From assembly GCA_964234715.1 (NCBI GenBank), contig OZ174278.1: a DNA stretch of 64,000 nucleotides. One strand, written 5' to 3'. The notes beneath the pieces are model-generated. The model was not told the DNA's origin and ran no database searches. It saw only the letters and a list, made by a program, of their open reading frames with translations. This document shows positions 37,009 through 50,909 of this stretch, piece after piece; within the stretch, counting starts at the first letter, position 1; each line of letters begins with the position of its first letter. This stretch comes from Podarcis melisellensis. Lineage: Eukaryota. Both the position numbers and the translations under genes were made by a program.

Positions 37009-38802
37009 TATATAATGAGGCTCAACACCAATACCTGGCATTCTGGGGCATTGGGGGGAGGCTGTGCCCACTGCTACTTGGTCCGCATTCAGAAGTAGGA
37101 TTTATTGCGCTAGTTGTACTGGTTCGATAATACTAGTGCTTCTGTCTCAGTCTCTAAAGTTCTTTTTTATACTGCAGGCCCTGTTGCATTACAGAACTGT
37201 GGCTTTTTGACCAATATAGTGGCATGTTGCGCTAAATTTTAAAAGGGAAAATTCCCAACAACAGATCTTTTTCTGGAAGCAATCAACGTGGAAATTAGTG
37301 CTAAGCTTCCCCTAAATTCTGCAAGTGGCTTTTACATCATGGGAGTCTCTAGCCCCTGTAGAATCCAAGTGTGCAAGTGTCTTTCTGCCCACTGGCCTGT
37401 CCGTCCGTCCGTCCCCCCCCCACTTTTAACCACTGAATGAAGCCATAGCAATCAATGATGTTTAGGAAAGCACACCTTTCCATAAAGATATTTTATTTAG
37501 CAAAGAGACAAAGGAGAGGCTATAGACACACACCTGTTTCTTGAAGGAGGAAGTTCTTGGTTCATTTTAAATTTTGCGGATCTTCCCTGGTGGAGAAGGA
37601 ATTGATGCACCTTAGAGGGCAATTAAGTGTAGCTGTGATTGAACAGTAATATGTCTACCCAAAAGTAGTGGACCTACTCAAAAACAAAAGGGAGCAACAC
37701 AGTGTTCATGAGTTTTCTAACAGGTCTTATTTCATACCAAAAAGTGCCCTCCAGTTTATAAAATATATTTTAAAATAATAATAATAGTAGTAATAATAAT
37801 ACCATCTCATAATTATAAGCATGTTGTGGGAGGGGGATGGTTGTGGCTGAGTGTGGTTTATGTCAACCCTTTGGGGTACAGTCATCTAAAGACTGCAGAT
37901 AGTCAACCATCTATGCCCCTCACCCCATAATGATTTCTGCAGACACTTGTGGTCACTGGCTATTCATTCCACACCCTTAGAGTCAGGGACAGCAGGCAAG
38001 TCCTTTGGCCATCAGAGTTTTGTGCTCTACTTTGAGAAAGGTTTCTACTTGTTTGAGGAAATGAATTAAGGTGGGTGACTGGGCTCCTGAAGTGGAAAAG
38101 ATGAATGAGGTGACAAAAAGCAGGGTGGAGTACAGCTCAGGAGCTTTCTGCACATTAAGAGAGAGATGAGTTACAATATATGTGCATTTCCATTTCTACA
38201 GGGAGCGGACATCAAACCATACCTCTGCCTCGGCTCCACCAAATACATCTAATCCAGCCCTGCCAAAACACAGCAGATATATTTTCAAATTGTCAAAGAG
38301 GAAGAGCACAGGGCACCTTTAAATCTATTTGTTGTGCTAACACCCATTTGAAGTTCAGACTACTTGAGAATTCAACGGTTATTACAACAGATAAATTGTG
38401 TCAAGAGCCTTAAGTTGTTGTTCTTCCACTGAAAAGTAAGTTTTACCCTTGCAGTTCTGTAAATGACTGATTTAGCCATCCAAGGGTTCTGTTGCTTGAG
38501 TGGGAATAAGACAGGGCTTTTATGATTACCTATATAAATCTCAAAGGGCTGCTTCAAACACACATGCTCATTGCTTGATGCCTTCAGCAACTTACAACAT
38601 ATATGTGTGAACGCAGCACAGCTTGTTAGCTCAGGCTGTCTCTATATTGATCAAATATTCACTGCTTCCTGCTGTACCATAGACAAAAGTCTTTAGAGCT
38701 CTCCTGAATGCACCAAGCAGCCTAATCTGATGCAAAGCTCTCTGAAGTGTGTTTCACAAATGAGGAGCTACTTCCCAAAAGACTCTGATGCCTGTAATGT
38801 TT

Positions 38803-39127
38803 AAAGGTAAAGGTACCCCCTGCCCGTACAGGCCAGTCGTGACCGACTCTAGGGTTGCGCGCTCATCTCACTCTAGAGGCCGGGAGCCAGCGCTGTCCGC
38901 AGACACTTCCGGGTCACGTGGCCAGTGTGACGAAGCTGCATCTGGCGAGCCAGCACCAGCGCCGTGCACGGAAACGCCGTTTACCTTCCCGCTATAAAGC
39001 GGTCCCTATTTATCTACTTGCACTTAGGGGTGCTTTCGAACTGCTAGGTTGCTAGGAGCTGGGACCGAACGACGGATGCTCACCCCACCGTGGGGATTCG
39101 AACCGCCGATCTTACGATCAGCAAGTC
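38803..39127 (-). mobile_element. Sauria SINE (same subfamily as 1633), head slightly truncated
   Basis: aaaggtaaaggtacccc...tatttatctacttgcac...ggggattcgaaccgccga. Confidence 0.92.
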
Positions 39128-42100
39128 TTCCCTTTTATAGTGGTGTCACAAGGTAGGGATAGATACATCAGAGAGAAAATGGTCCCCCAGAGAACCTATT
39201 AATTTGGGGCTGGAGGAGTATTGGTGTCTGGAAATGTGGGTTTTGCCCTTCCCCCTGTTCACCAAATCTTCCCAACAAATGGCCTCCCAGGCTGTTTTAA
39301 ATTATTTTTCCAATCCAGGCTTAACTGGAAGTAAGTCCAGTTGAAGGGGAAACAGCCTGGGGATAAATTTCCAAGAGATAATTGTGCACCTAGGAAGGAT
39401 TATGTATCATTCTTTCCTGCCCACTGATTCTTCCTTTCCTTGCAGAAGAGAAAACAGAGTCTAGGCATAGGTAAATCGGATGGGTGTTCTACTTACTATA
39501 GGATATATACCTGTATTATAAAGCAACTGTTGCAAAAAACAACAACCAACAACTTTAAGAACCCCATACAAAAATACCCCTTAGGGGAGCACAAACTCAG
39601 CCAACAAAAGAGAAACTAGCATTTAGACCTAAGTTGCATGTAACATTAAGCCAAACTCAGGGCGAATGAGCAAACATGCAGGTTTCCATACCAAAAATTG
39701 TGGCCATTGTGCTCTTCCCTGGTCCTGCTGCCTTGCGCCAAAATTCACACATATCTGAATTTTGCAATGCAGTTCTCCAATGCATTGTATAAAAATGGAT
39801 GTGCACATTAAAATGCATATATTAGTGAAAATGATGTACAAAAATGCATTAAGGAAATAAACACTGCAAAAATGTGTATATTAGACAAAATTGCAGACAA
39901 CCTTGTGCATATTAGCAGAAATTCACACTAAATTGCTAATGAATTTTCACGAGGAGTTTAAAAATAGTAATAATAATCACGAACTGACGTGGAAATGTGG
40001 GATCTGAATGTAAGTTTGAGAAACTGAGAGGAACGGAAATTGACAGATTTGCCTAACACTACTTGTGAGGAAAGTATCCTAACAGGCAAGATATAATTAA
40101 GAAATATCACTAATAAATAAAACCCAAAGAGGGATACAACATGAAAATGTGTACTCCTTCTATCTCTTACAGCTTTAAGTCATATGTTTGTTTTGACTCA
40201 TGAGTGAATGAGTGGATAAACTTTTTATCACTCCTCATTTAAAATTTGGTAGGACTATTAAAGGCCTCATAAAATATTTCTAGGGGGAAGGTCAAATCTA
40301 TTCACCTCTGCCTTAAATCATATGAGCTATAATATAATGCTATGATAAGGATAGTTATAATATAACTATTGCTGTTATAATAAGGATAATTCAACATGAA
40401 TCTTTATTTAAGCAATTGATACAGCTAATTTTATGCTGCAGCTAGGAAGCCTGGCTTAAGTTGCCTATGCTTTCCTGTTTACCTCCTACGTTTCATCAGT
40501 AAATTATTTTTAAAGGGGAAAAAAATCAGTTCATGTCCAAAGTTTCAGGAGGTACGGAAATTCCTTGCGGGGGAAAATCACTGGGGGTGGGGAGGGAGAC
40601 AACAGACGGCAACATGTTGTACATTCATCTCATTAATAAGCAAGAAGCAAACTGTTAAAAACTTTCTCCATGCTGTATCCCCCTAAGCAGGCACCGAAAG
40701 AATGTTAATAATGTTGAGTGCAAGGCATTAACAGACTGCGTAAGCCTCTGGTTGCTACCGCAAAATCTCCTCGATGGAGAAGGAACAACTATATGCTGCG
40801 CAAATGTTATGTATGAAAAAAGAAAAGAAAAAGAAGGCAGCACCTTAGAATGTACATCTGCTGCTGAAGGCAGACTCTATATTCTCCACAGGCTCCCTTT
40901 GGAAATGCTAATGTGGCCAAGATGTTCATGACTAAATAAAAATGCACTGAGGTCGTGCATCCTATTAAAGTCAGTATTTTTAAAACTGCTTGCTTAAAAC
41001 ATTTACCTTGACATTGTAAATTATATTTAATACCAGAGCCACCTCTTGCGAAGTCAACCTCTATTTGAAACAACGATATCTGATGTGTGATTGATTTTTT
41101 TTTATTTGCACAAAAAAAATGAAGCAAAATCAAATTTCAACCCATTTAAAATTTATGCTTGCCAAGACAACCTTTGGCAAGATGCAATATTAGAGGTGCA
41201 TTACTGTTAGAGAAGACCCTGCACGTCCCTTGTTTAGAGTCCTTCATCAGCTAACCTTAGATCCCACTTGTGTTTTTCATTTAAGTTGGCTGAATTAAAA
41301 AAAGAAAAGCATCCTTGGTGCATCTTTTGAAGTAAATTGATGTTTTCTTTGCTGCCCTGATATCAGCTTTATTTCTTGCTGAATCAAATGTAGAGTGGGG
41401 GTGGGAGAGGATACTGAAATTTGAAATTCATAGATATTGTGATGCTTCAAATTGCTGTACATGAGTATAGAACCCATTGATCTCAGCGGTCCTTTACTCC
41501 CAAGCAAGTTTATGCAAAATGGTGTAAATACAGCCTGACCCTAAAATATTTACTCAGAAGAAAGACCCACTGAGCTCATAATGATAATCTATCATGAAGT
41601 TTGCCTGCACAACAGCAACTGAAATATACCATGATTTACATAGAAGAACATAAGTAAGAATGCCTTAGAAACACAGGCTTAAATTTCTGAATAATCACTA
41701 TCGATGCCACTACCTACCTTTCCCAACCATATTTTCCTTCCCTCTCTTTTTTTCTGCTTGCACTGTTCACTGGACGAGATCAAAGAGGAGTTTATACAAA
41801 GCAGGGCTTTATTATTGCTTTTAAAATGGAATTAAATGACTGAGCAATGCCTACGGATCTGCATAAATAAAAAGTAAAGAGCAGGACTGGCAAACCTCTT
41901 GTCTTCCAGATGTTGTTGGACTCTAATTCCTATCAGCCTCAGCTGGCACAACCAATTATCAGGGGTGGTGTACTCTGGTAACAAGGAATGGCCAGGGCAG
42001 CACAGCATGGAATCCGAAAGGGCATCAGATTGGGGGAAGACCGTTCTGGAGCTATGTTTGAGGATTCTTCCCTTCCAGAGGAGAAAGTGCAGGAAAACAT

Positions 42101-42880
42101 TGCAGAAGTAAAGACACCACCTAGAACAGCCCTTCGCAGCCTTGGGTTCTTGGGCGTTGTTGGACTGTGGCTTCCATCATTCCTAGCCAGTATGGCCAGT
42201 GGGCAGGGATGGTGGTCGTTGTTGTTCAAGAACATATGGGGACCTGAGGTTGAGAAAGGCTGATCTAGAAGAATTGCCACATCACGTTGATTGCTGAAGC
42301 CCAGCTCAAGTATCACCTGGGTATCTTCCTGTATCCATGAAAAAATAAAGCTGTCACTGTGCAGCTCCCTCTGAAGGATTTGTAGTGCCACATCACAATC
42401 CTGGATTTGCATGAAGTCAAAGGGCAGCCCCCATTGGAGGATCAGCAGTGTCTCATCCCAGCAAAAGAGAAAGCGGGAGAGTGAGAAGGGAAGGACCATG
42501 TGAGGGGGGAAAGTGGTGTTGAAAACAATGGTAGATGTTTGATTAAAGCAGTGATGGAGGGACGCAGAGGGAAATGGCCATTTTAAGTAGCAGCAGAGGT
42601 TGGAGTAAAATGATTTGGAATATTTGGGGGTTCCTCATCTTTTATCTTTCTCACTTGAGGCAGCTGAGAAATGGGAGATGTTTGAGTACAGTGAGAAGCA
42701 ACAAACACGGAAAGGCATAGGGTTCAGAAATGGGGCTGGGTAGGTGGAAAATGAATTTATCTGCATGGGGTGGAAAGAGGAAGCTCCAAGGAGTTAATGT
42801 GAGACGAATGGCAGGAGAGTTGGCAAGTAGACTGACTAGGGGCACAGCATCTGGTTATTTGTGGTTTTCTAAGGTGGTAC

Positions 42881-43233
42881 GGGAAGCGGGTGGTGCTGTG
42901 GTCTAAACCACTGAGCCTAGGGCTTGCTGATCAGAAGGTCGGCAGTTCGAATCCCCGTGACGGAGTGAGCTCCCGTTGCTCGGTCCCTGCTCCTGCCAAC
43001 CTAGCAGTTCAAAAGCACGTCAAAGTGCAAGTAGATAAAAAGGTACTGCTCCAGCGGGAAGGTAAACGGCGTTTCCGTGTGCTGCTCTGGTTCGCCAGAA
43101 GCGGCTTAGTCATACTGGCCACATGACCCGGAAGCTGTACGCCGGCTCCCTCGGCCAAGAAAACGAGATGAGCGCCGCAACCCCAGAGTCGGTCACGACT
43201 GGACCTAATGGTCAGGGATCCCTTTACCTTTAT
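42881..43233 (+). mobile_element. Full-length Sauria SINE
   Basis: tRNA-like head with GTTCGAATCC B-box and ACCTTT tail. TSD TAAGGTGGTAC at 42870-42880 and 43234-43244. Confidence 0.95.
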
Positions 43234-43263
43234 TAAGGTGGTACGGTGCTAAAGCTAATGACT

Positions 43264-43410
43264 GTAATCTATGTATCTGAAGAAGTGTGCATGCACATGA
43301 AAGCTTATACCCAGGAGAAACTTAGTTGGTCTCTAAGGTGCTACTGGACAATTTTTAATTTTTAAAAATTTATTTCGACTGCATCAGACCAACACAGCTA
43401 CCTACCTGTA
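43264..43410 (+). mobile_element. Penelope-like (Neptune-type) pLTR fragment
   Basis: tatctgaagaagtgtgcatgcacatgaaagct...ttagttggtctctaaggtgctactgg...agaccaacacagctacc. Confidence 0.75.
43273..43310 (+). ncRNA. Minimal type I hammerhead ribozyme motif
   Basis: GUAU-CUGAAGA-a-GUGUGC(au)GCACAU-GAAA-GCUU^AUAC: stem I GUAU/AUAC, palindromic stem III AGCU. Confidence 0.7.
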
Positions 43411-45989
43411 TGTATGTGTGCATTAGAACCTCTTATTCTTTAAATAAGCCAAATGTTCTTCCTGGTTTTCAGAGAGCACAAACAGTGGGCAGAGAGAGGT
43501 AAATAAAGGTGGGCTTTTCCTATATGACATGGCAACTTTGACTTTGTTTCAGTGGCTCCTGTGCCATAAAGGTTATCTGAGAAGAGGGCCTTAGTTGTAC
43601 AAACATGAATTCCCTTCCTTCGCTAATAAAGCACTACAGGCTTTGTCCCCAACTATTTAGTGATGCCTCCGGGTGAGTGAAAGATGGCAAGGTAGCAAAA
43701 ATAATGCCTATTACTATAAAGCCAGTTTACAACATCATAGAAGAACCTTGAAAAAAGATATCACTGCGGATTAGCTTTTGTATTATTTTCATACAGGTTA
43801 TAAAAAAAATATTCAGCGAGGGCTTTAATTATCTCATGTCCCATTATTTATTATCTTTGTCATGCCAGTATTTTCAAACATCTCAAACCCATCAGTTCAC
43901 TTCAGACTCTGCTTCAGAAATCAGAATACTCTGAAGAGTCTTTTTGTTGTTGTTTAGCGATCAAGCTTGTAAACCTGGAATCAACACGCTAGCAACTCTG
44001 TTAACAAAATAAAGGTGATAAGGAAGTATGTTATAAAGTTCTCAGCCACTGGGCCATCTATTGTACTTTGATAAATTTGCGCTACGGCACAAGGCCGCTT
44101 GACTGGAAAACTCCACAACTGTCAAGAGATGAGCCAATATTTCTTCACACTGTATTCATGATATGACAGAGAACGAGAAGATTGTATACTATGACAAATG
44201 CTTAATGCATCCAGCTTGCCTGTTATTTTCTCAGTAATCCTCTATGTCCAAAATAAGAAATAGTATTGAAGCTGCCTGGGAGGTCAAGATAGAAAATGAG
44301 TCATGAATGTCAGAAGAAGCTATCCATGTAAAGGAAAAAACAAAAAAAAAGCCCACAGTTCTGTCACTCTTCAGTGCAGCCTTCATAATTGCCTCTAGGA
44401 TTCCAAGGGCTCACGTATCCAGATGATCAGTAGTGCCCCCAACTGTATTTTAGACCTTGTCGATCATTTTGTAAGCCTGCACTCAAAGGGAGCAATCCTA
44501 TACGCAAAAAGATGGCATAAAGCAAGCTCAGCGTAAATTAAGCCATCATAAAGTACACTGGATCAGAACTCCATTCAGTAGCTGGGCTGTTGCTGGCGGG
44601 GCCTGGCAGCAGGGAAACCAGCCTGTAAAATAATATTTGAGTTACACCGCCCTTTTTTACTGGCTTAATTTGCTCCGGATTGCCAGGTCATGCTACTGAG
44701 ATGCATAGGCTTAGATTCCAACCTAAATCCCCCAAGACCCAAGCTATTCCCACATAATGCCTCAATTTCAGGGATTATGAAGGTTTAAGATACACCAGTA
44801 TGGAATCAGTCAGCTGGTCCCAGCTGAGCCAGGATGGGGGAGATAAACCAGCATATCGCCATCAGGCTGTGCTAGGAACCTCCTGGCTAAGCCAGAGATC
44901 CACTGGATTCTAACCCAGAATTTACTTTAGGATTGATCCTTAAGAAATTAATGTAAATTCTCAAATATTGACTCGATCTAGCCAACTTGCTCCATTTAAG
45001 GGTATTTGCAGGTTTGGGAAGTGAGCATCGGGTTGGGCAGCAAGACCGCACTTTCCTTATTGGATGTAACACCTCCTGGGACCAAGTCAAGTCCAATATG
45101 AGTAGGCCTGATAACAATCAGGGCACAAAGATGCCAATATGTGATGAGCTCAGGGAACGCAGGTGTTAGGTAGAGGCAATATCCAAAGCATGGAGAAAAG
45201 GTGGTCCTAAGAACCTTGTCATGCTAGAATATAGCTGGTAGTTTGGTGTGAACTGATTGCCCTACAACACATTGGCTTTACACACTTTCCCCAAATGTAC
45301 CCATAAACATATACTACCAACGCTTGCAGAATGTTAGAATTTCAGCACCTAGAATATGATGCTAAAGCAGTCAACCGAAAACATGTGCGTAAAGTAATAT
45401 GTGTGTTTTGACATTTGTGCATTATTTGTATTCTTCTCTTCAGAATTCCATGGCTCTAATTTTGACTTTAAAAGTTGAGCAAAATCCATTTCCCTTTTAC
45501 TCTTCAGTCAGCATTTGCTTATCAAGTCAATTATTCATTAAGTAAACCCTTTATCTTGAGCATTGTGTGTCAGTCTCAGGGAATTTGTGAATTTTGTTTT
45601 GTGAAACAAGAGGGGGGGCGCAAATGTTTTGATGCTTTCCACGTTAGTAGGTTGTCACACAGCACGTTGAAAAGTTTGGTTCATAACGCCAATAAACTGA
45701 TGGAAGAAGGATGGTGTTGTCTGCAAAGCAACAGCAAAGCATTATGTGTTGAGCACAGGGGAATGTGGGCCAGCGGTTCCATTCAGAAGAAAATGCATTG
45801 CTCCAATAGTTCAGTCTGAAATTATGGAAGGCTAAGAAAAATGTGTACAGTAATTGCATCACATTTATAATCATCTTTTGAAGTTTTAAGCAGTAATCAC
45901 TTGCCTGATAGCATCTCCCAGTGAACCCAATCAATTCCACGAGGGCAGAGCAATCCTAAGGTAAGGGGGTAGAGTCTGTGGTGGGAAAG

Positions 45990-45992
<3 letters not shown>

Positions 45993-46039
<47 letters not shown>
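45993..46039. repeat. (TG)n microsatellite
   Basis: Direct inspection. Confidence 0.97.
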
Positions 46040-46041
<2 letters not shown>

Positions 46042-46678
46042 ATGCAGTACAATAAAAAACGAACTAATTTAAATAAAAAAATAAAGGGGGAAAAGAGGAA
46101 ATAAAACAAATAAAGAAGGAAGGAAGGAACTGAGAAAGTAGGAAGAGGGGCAGAGAGCCTCTATCAGGGGTATATTTTATGTCACACAAACAGGGTGGAG
46201 CTTACCTTTCTTTTCCCAGCCTCCCACCCAGGGATATCTTCCCTTCCCTGCATTTCATGCAGGTTCCTTTATCACCTTCCTATGAGTCTCCTCATCAACC
46301 CAGAGTAGAGGACATCAAATAATGAAATAAAACATGAGCAAGAATAGAATTAATAAAAGACAAAAGCGAAAAAGAAAAAGAAAAACAGAGATAAGAGAAA
46401 GAAATAGAGAGGACTTCCAATTCTGCATCTGCCAATTATGTATATTCAGATTATTCAACGTATTCAAAATATTTTACCTACTGCACACATTTTTTTGAAA
46501 GCAATCTTCCCTGATAATTATATTATAGTATGTTTTTTGTGCGATGACTTAATGTATTTACTCAATATGGAGGAAATTCAAAAGCATTATTGCCATTTAC
46601 CACAATTTTTAAAAGAATTTTGAGTGTAGAACTAAAGATATACAGAGAAATATGGTTCACTGGGAGGAATGCAATTTA

Positions 46679-46907
46679 TAGTGGTACCTCTAGTTACAAA
46701 CTTAATTCGTTCCGGAGGTCCGTTCTTAACCTGAAATTGTTCTTAACTAGAGGTGTGCTTTCGCTAATGTTGCCACTGCGCCACCGGCACACAATTTCCA
46801 TTCTCATCCTGTTTCCGTTCTCAACTCGAGGTAAATCTTCCAGGTTAGCAGAGTTTGTAACCTGAAGCATTTGTAACCTGAGGCATTTGTAACTCGAGGT
46901 ACCACTG
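46679..46907. mobile_element. Tc1/mariner (Tigger-like) MITE
   Basis: Ends (T)AGTGGTACCTC / GAGGTACCACTG, TA TSD. Related to 24907. Confidence 0.88.
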
Positions 46908-47236
46908 TAATTGAAATAAAGAGCATGCTTTTAGTGGGTAAAATAACGACATATAATAAGGTTAAACAAACTTTAGCTTATATTCACCTATCTTCTTTTT
47001 TTGGGCAACGTTTTCAAGTGAGAGATATAATGACTAGTAGAAACTCATGTTACATTGACACAATTGACACATTCCAAACTTGTGAAAAGGGCCTATGCAT
47101 TCGTGCTTATGGGCATTGTACACTGCAGGTTTTGTTCAGAAAGTGGCCCTGGATGACAGTTCACATATGCTTGCACTTGATTTATTTGTTTATGGTACGT
47201 AATTTACACATGCACAATCATCACTTGATGAAAAAC

Positions 47237-47620
47237 TTGTTGTTGTTGTTGTTTAGTCGTGGCCAACTCTTTGTGACCCCATGGACCAGAGCACACCAGG
47301 CACTCCTGTCTTCCACTGCCTCCCACAGTTTGGTCAAACTCATGCTGGTAGCTCCGAGAACACTGTCCAACCATCTCGTCCTCTGTCGTCCCCTTCTCCC
47401 TGTGCCCTCCATCTTTCCCAACATCAGGGTCTTTTCCAGGGAGTCTTCTCTTCTCGTGAGGTGGCCAAAGTATTGGAGCCTCAGCTTCAGGATCTGTCCT
47501 TCCGGTGAGCACTCAGGGCTGATTTCCTTCAGAATGGATAGGTTTGATCTTCTTGCAGTCCATGGGACTCTCAAGAGTCTCCTCCAGCACCATAATTCAA
47601 AAGCATCAATTCTTCGGCGA
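47237..47620 (-). mobile_element. BovB LINE 3' fragment
   Basis: Minus ORF 'RVPWTARRSNLSILKEISPECS...LRLQYFGH' and (TTG)n tail. Confidence 0.95.
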
Positions 47621-49029
47621 GAAACAATGGTCTTTAATGGAATCAGTTCACATATTCAGCAGCCAGTCTTCAGTAATCAAAAACATAAAAATCAAGTCAT
47701 GTACATATAGAGACCAGTCCTTAATTAGTGTGCACAGCATAGGGGCCAGATGTGACCCAAGGCTTACCCATCCCTATTAAAAGAAAAGACTTGCATCTCA
47801 TTTAATCCCTTCCTTTGTCTCCTTTCCTTCGTGGCTGAGGAGAACCATTGGTTTCTCCTAATGGAACACCTTTGGTGAGGTGACTTTTAGAATTATAGAC
47901 TTGGCCAGTCGGAGTTCTCAGGTTTGTTTCCATCTTATGAGCCTAAAGATGCTCTCCACTGAGATCTGAATTATATTGCCTGGGTTGCCCAAAGGAACCT
48001 CTAAAATGAAATAAAAACACCCAGGAAAGCTGATAAGAGTCTCAGCTAGGAATCATTCGTTACACACTGCAGTGACTCTAATCTACTCTTGTCACATATT
48101 TCCCACTCTTTGGGCAATTACTACATATATTTTTCATCCCATTTGACTAACAATAATAGGTAGCACCAGTTGTTAAATGGTGGTACCATTTTTCATACAC
48201 AATGGATGTCAAAATGCCATCCTGGTGGTTAATTGTAGAACCTTCTATTTGAGTTGAATCTGTGAACTAATATGTACCTTTTCCTCCAACCCAAGAGAGT
48301 GAATTTCAGTCTTAATACACTCTTTGTCTCTTTTTTGACACTTTGAGCATCTTCTTTTTGAATTACAAAAACAAAAATGATACCATCTCTGGGGGGGTAG
48401 GAAACAGATTGGAACATCTGTCTTTTGATCTAACTTTGCAACTTGGTAAGCCATCCTTACTTGTTAAATTTGTAGAATTGCTAATAAAAGGCATAATGTA
48501 CCAAATGGTGGTAATTTAGATGGAACAAGCATATCAATCACAGTGAAATGGGCTCAGAGCTCTATATTCAGGCAGAATAATTAAGCAGAATTATGAGACT
48601 AATCCATATACACTGAAAAACAAGCTTCTGAAAACTTATTCTAGAGAGGTAGGAGTTTTCTGACAGTTGTAGAGCTCAGCACAATGACGATGTGGACTTC
48701 CAGAACTTCTATTGAAGATGCTTCAAGCACAGGCTTTCAGTGGGCATCAAAACTCAGGGTTTAAATACAGATCACTAGCCCTATCCAGGCGTTATGCCCA
48801 GATATAGAATATAAACACAAACAGGGGTACAATGGGCTGAGCTTTCTTTCCCCACCCCCAACATCACTGCATGACCTGGCGCTACAAACTCCACCCTCAA
48901 CCTTCTCATATTGAGTGGAAAGACCTGTGGGAAGCTTCTAAGCACTTTCATGTTTAAAAGCCTCTGTACAATCAGGAAAGTTGCCTTATTGGGATTCCCG
49001 AATTATGGAGGCATTTTTGTGCATTTCTT

Positions 49030-50020
49030 TGGGAAAGGTTCAGGAAAGGGCAACCAAAATGACCAAGGGATGGTGCAACCGCCCTGTGAGAAAAGGCCGC
49101 AGCATTTTTCATTCAGAGACAAGGCAAGTAAGAGGTGCCATGACAGAAGCTCATAAAATTATGCACCACGTGGATTAATTGTATAGAGAAAGGTTTTTCT
49201 CCTTCTGTCTTAATATTAGACCTTGTGACCATCGATTGAAGTTGAATGTTGGAAAATTCAGTTCAGGCTTCTTCACACAGGGAATAGATAAATGATGAAA
49301 CTCGATTCCACAGGAAGGAGTGATAGCCACCAACTTTAAAAGAGGATTAGACAAATTCATGGAGGATGGTTATGCTCTGCCTCCAGTATGCCTCTGAATT
49401 CCAGCTGCTGGGAGTCATGGGGGGGCAGAGTGCAGATTTGTGGGTTTCCCATCTAGTTGGCCACTGTGAGAATAGGATGCTGCACTAGATGAGTGTCAGG
49501 GACTGAACTAAAGGAGGATGGAGAAGGAATGGTGGAGATAACCCCCTTCCCTTCTCCTGGCGCTTCCAGAGGGGAGGGAAGCAGTATTGATTTACAGCAG
49601 GGGTCTGAGGAAGGTCACAGCGCTGAGACAGGCAAACAGAAGAGTTGGGAGGTGTTAGGAGAAGAGGAAGCAAAGCCCGGAGAGCTGACATCTTGTCACT
49701 GGAGAGCATTTCTGACCCTCCTTCTCCCAGAACTCGGCGTTCATTAAGGATGCAGGAACAATGGACTCAGAAGCAGTTGGCCCCAAGCGTCCACCGTAAG
49801 GGAAAATGCTGTTGCTAGGGAGGAGGAGCTCAGTTGGAGCAATGCCATTCTTGGGGCATACTGCATTCTTTTGTCTCTCACTATTATGAAGGAATACACT
49901 CATTAAAAAGGACTCTACCTTGTTTCCTCTTCTTCTTGATGTCACCAGGGGAAGGATAGAATTCCCAAGGTCTGACAATGAGTCATTGGCTGGTCCAGCA
50001 GATTCTCCTTGTGTTCTCGT
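49030..50020 (+). mobile_element. Old CR1 3' fragment interrupted by a solo LTR
   Basis: gggaaaggttcaggaaagggcaaccaaaatg (VQ-RATKM-like) and ggattagacaaattcatggagga. The tail resumes after 49982. Confidence 0.7.
49494..49977 (+). mobile_element. Solo LTR (TGTCAG family)
   Basis: TGTCAGGGAC...TCTGACA. Perfect 5-bp TSD ATGAG at 49489-49493 and 49978-49982. Confidence 0.88.
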
Positions 50021-50399
50021 TTGAAAGTGCAAGGCGCCCTCTTCAGATCTTCCCACTCAATGTGGCGACAGAAGAGGACACTGAGGGCGGAGCTACCATG
50101 CACATCTCCCCAGTTTGCATTTGCATGCCCTGTGCAGTCATAATGATTGAACAGGGGTAGAGGAATCAAGAAGTGCTTGTGTGCGCACAATGTAGACGGC
50201 TGGTTGGATACAATGCAGTGGGGGGGAGACATTTGAGAATATACGTTCTCATATCTTCTATATACTATTTTCCTTCATCGTATGAAAAAAGAACAAAAGA
50301 TAAGAATGGTCATTTACATGTCCCCCCCCCCAAAAAAAATTAAGGAGACTCCATGTCTTTCTTGCCCATAAGACACTGCCACCCAATAACATTCTGCAC

Positions 50400-50580
50400 C
50401 AGTGGCGTGTGGTCAATGGAATAGGGGGCTAGGCTAGTCTCCTAAATGTTCCTGGTAAATTGGTGTATTAAAGCCTGGCACCTCCTTCCCAAAGCCTGGG
50501 AAGCTTCTGCCCGGCTTAGGGAGGGAGGTGCAATGCTCATGCACAGGATAGTGGAACATCATGTGGTCACACACATGACA

Positions 50581-50616
<36 letters not shown>

Positions 50617-50682
50617 GCCCTCGCAGGCTGGCACTTCTGGCTCTAACTGTACCCCTACAAAAAAATTCGCCGCACACCACTG
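50400..50682. mobile_element. hAT-type MITE containing (CA)n
   Basis: TIRs CAGTGGCGTGTGG / CCGCACACCACTG. Flanks TTCTGCAC / ATCTGCAT. Confidence 0.65.
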
Positions 50683-50909
50683 ATCTGCATACTTCAACAA
50701 CCAAGTGGATACTTTTTGCCTAACATTCTTCCTGGTGCCAAAACTTCATTATGGTTGCCATTAACCATGAAAGATCTTGATGTACAGACATTCCCATAAA
50801 TATTCATAAATAACAGCAGAATCCTGTGCATGGTTGCTTAAATGTAAGTTCTCCTGTGTTCAGTGGGCCTTACGCCCTGGTAAGCATGCCAAGAGTGAAA
50901 CCTATGTAA

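Noticed and set aside
41939-42499. 186-aa minus-strand ORF
   Set aside because: Overlaps degenerate palindromic repeat sequence, with no recognisable domain or convincing splice context.
42881-42960. tRNA genes
   Set aside because: The A/B-box sequences are SINE heads and do not form complete cloverleafs.
46925-47710. Longest ORF (261 aa) and the similar 'MTPWTRARQALLSST...' ORFs at 3854, 14201, 18534 and 53000
   Set aside because: Antisense shadows of BovB RT sequence, not genes.
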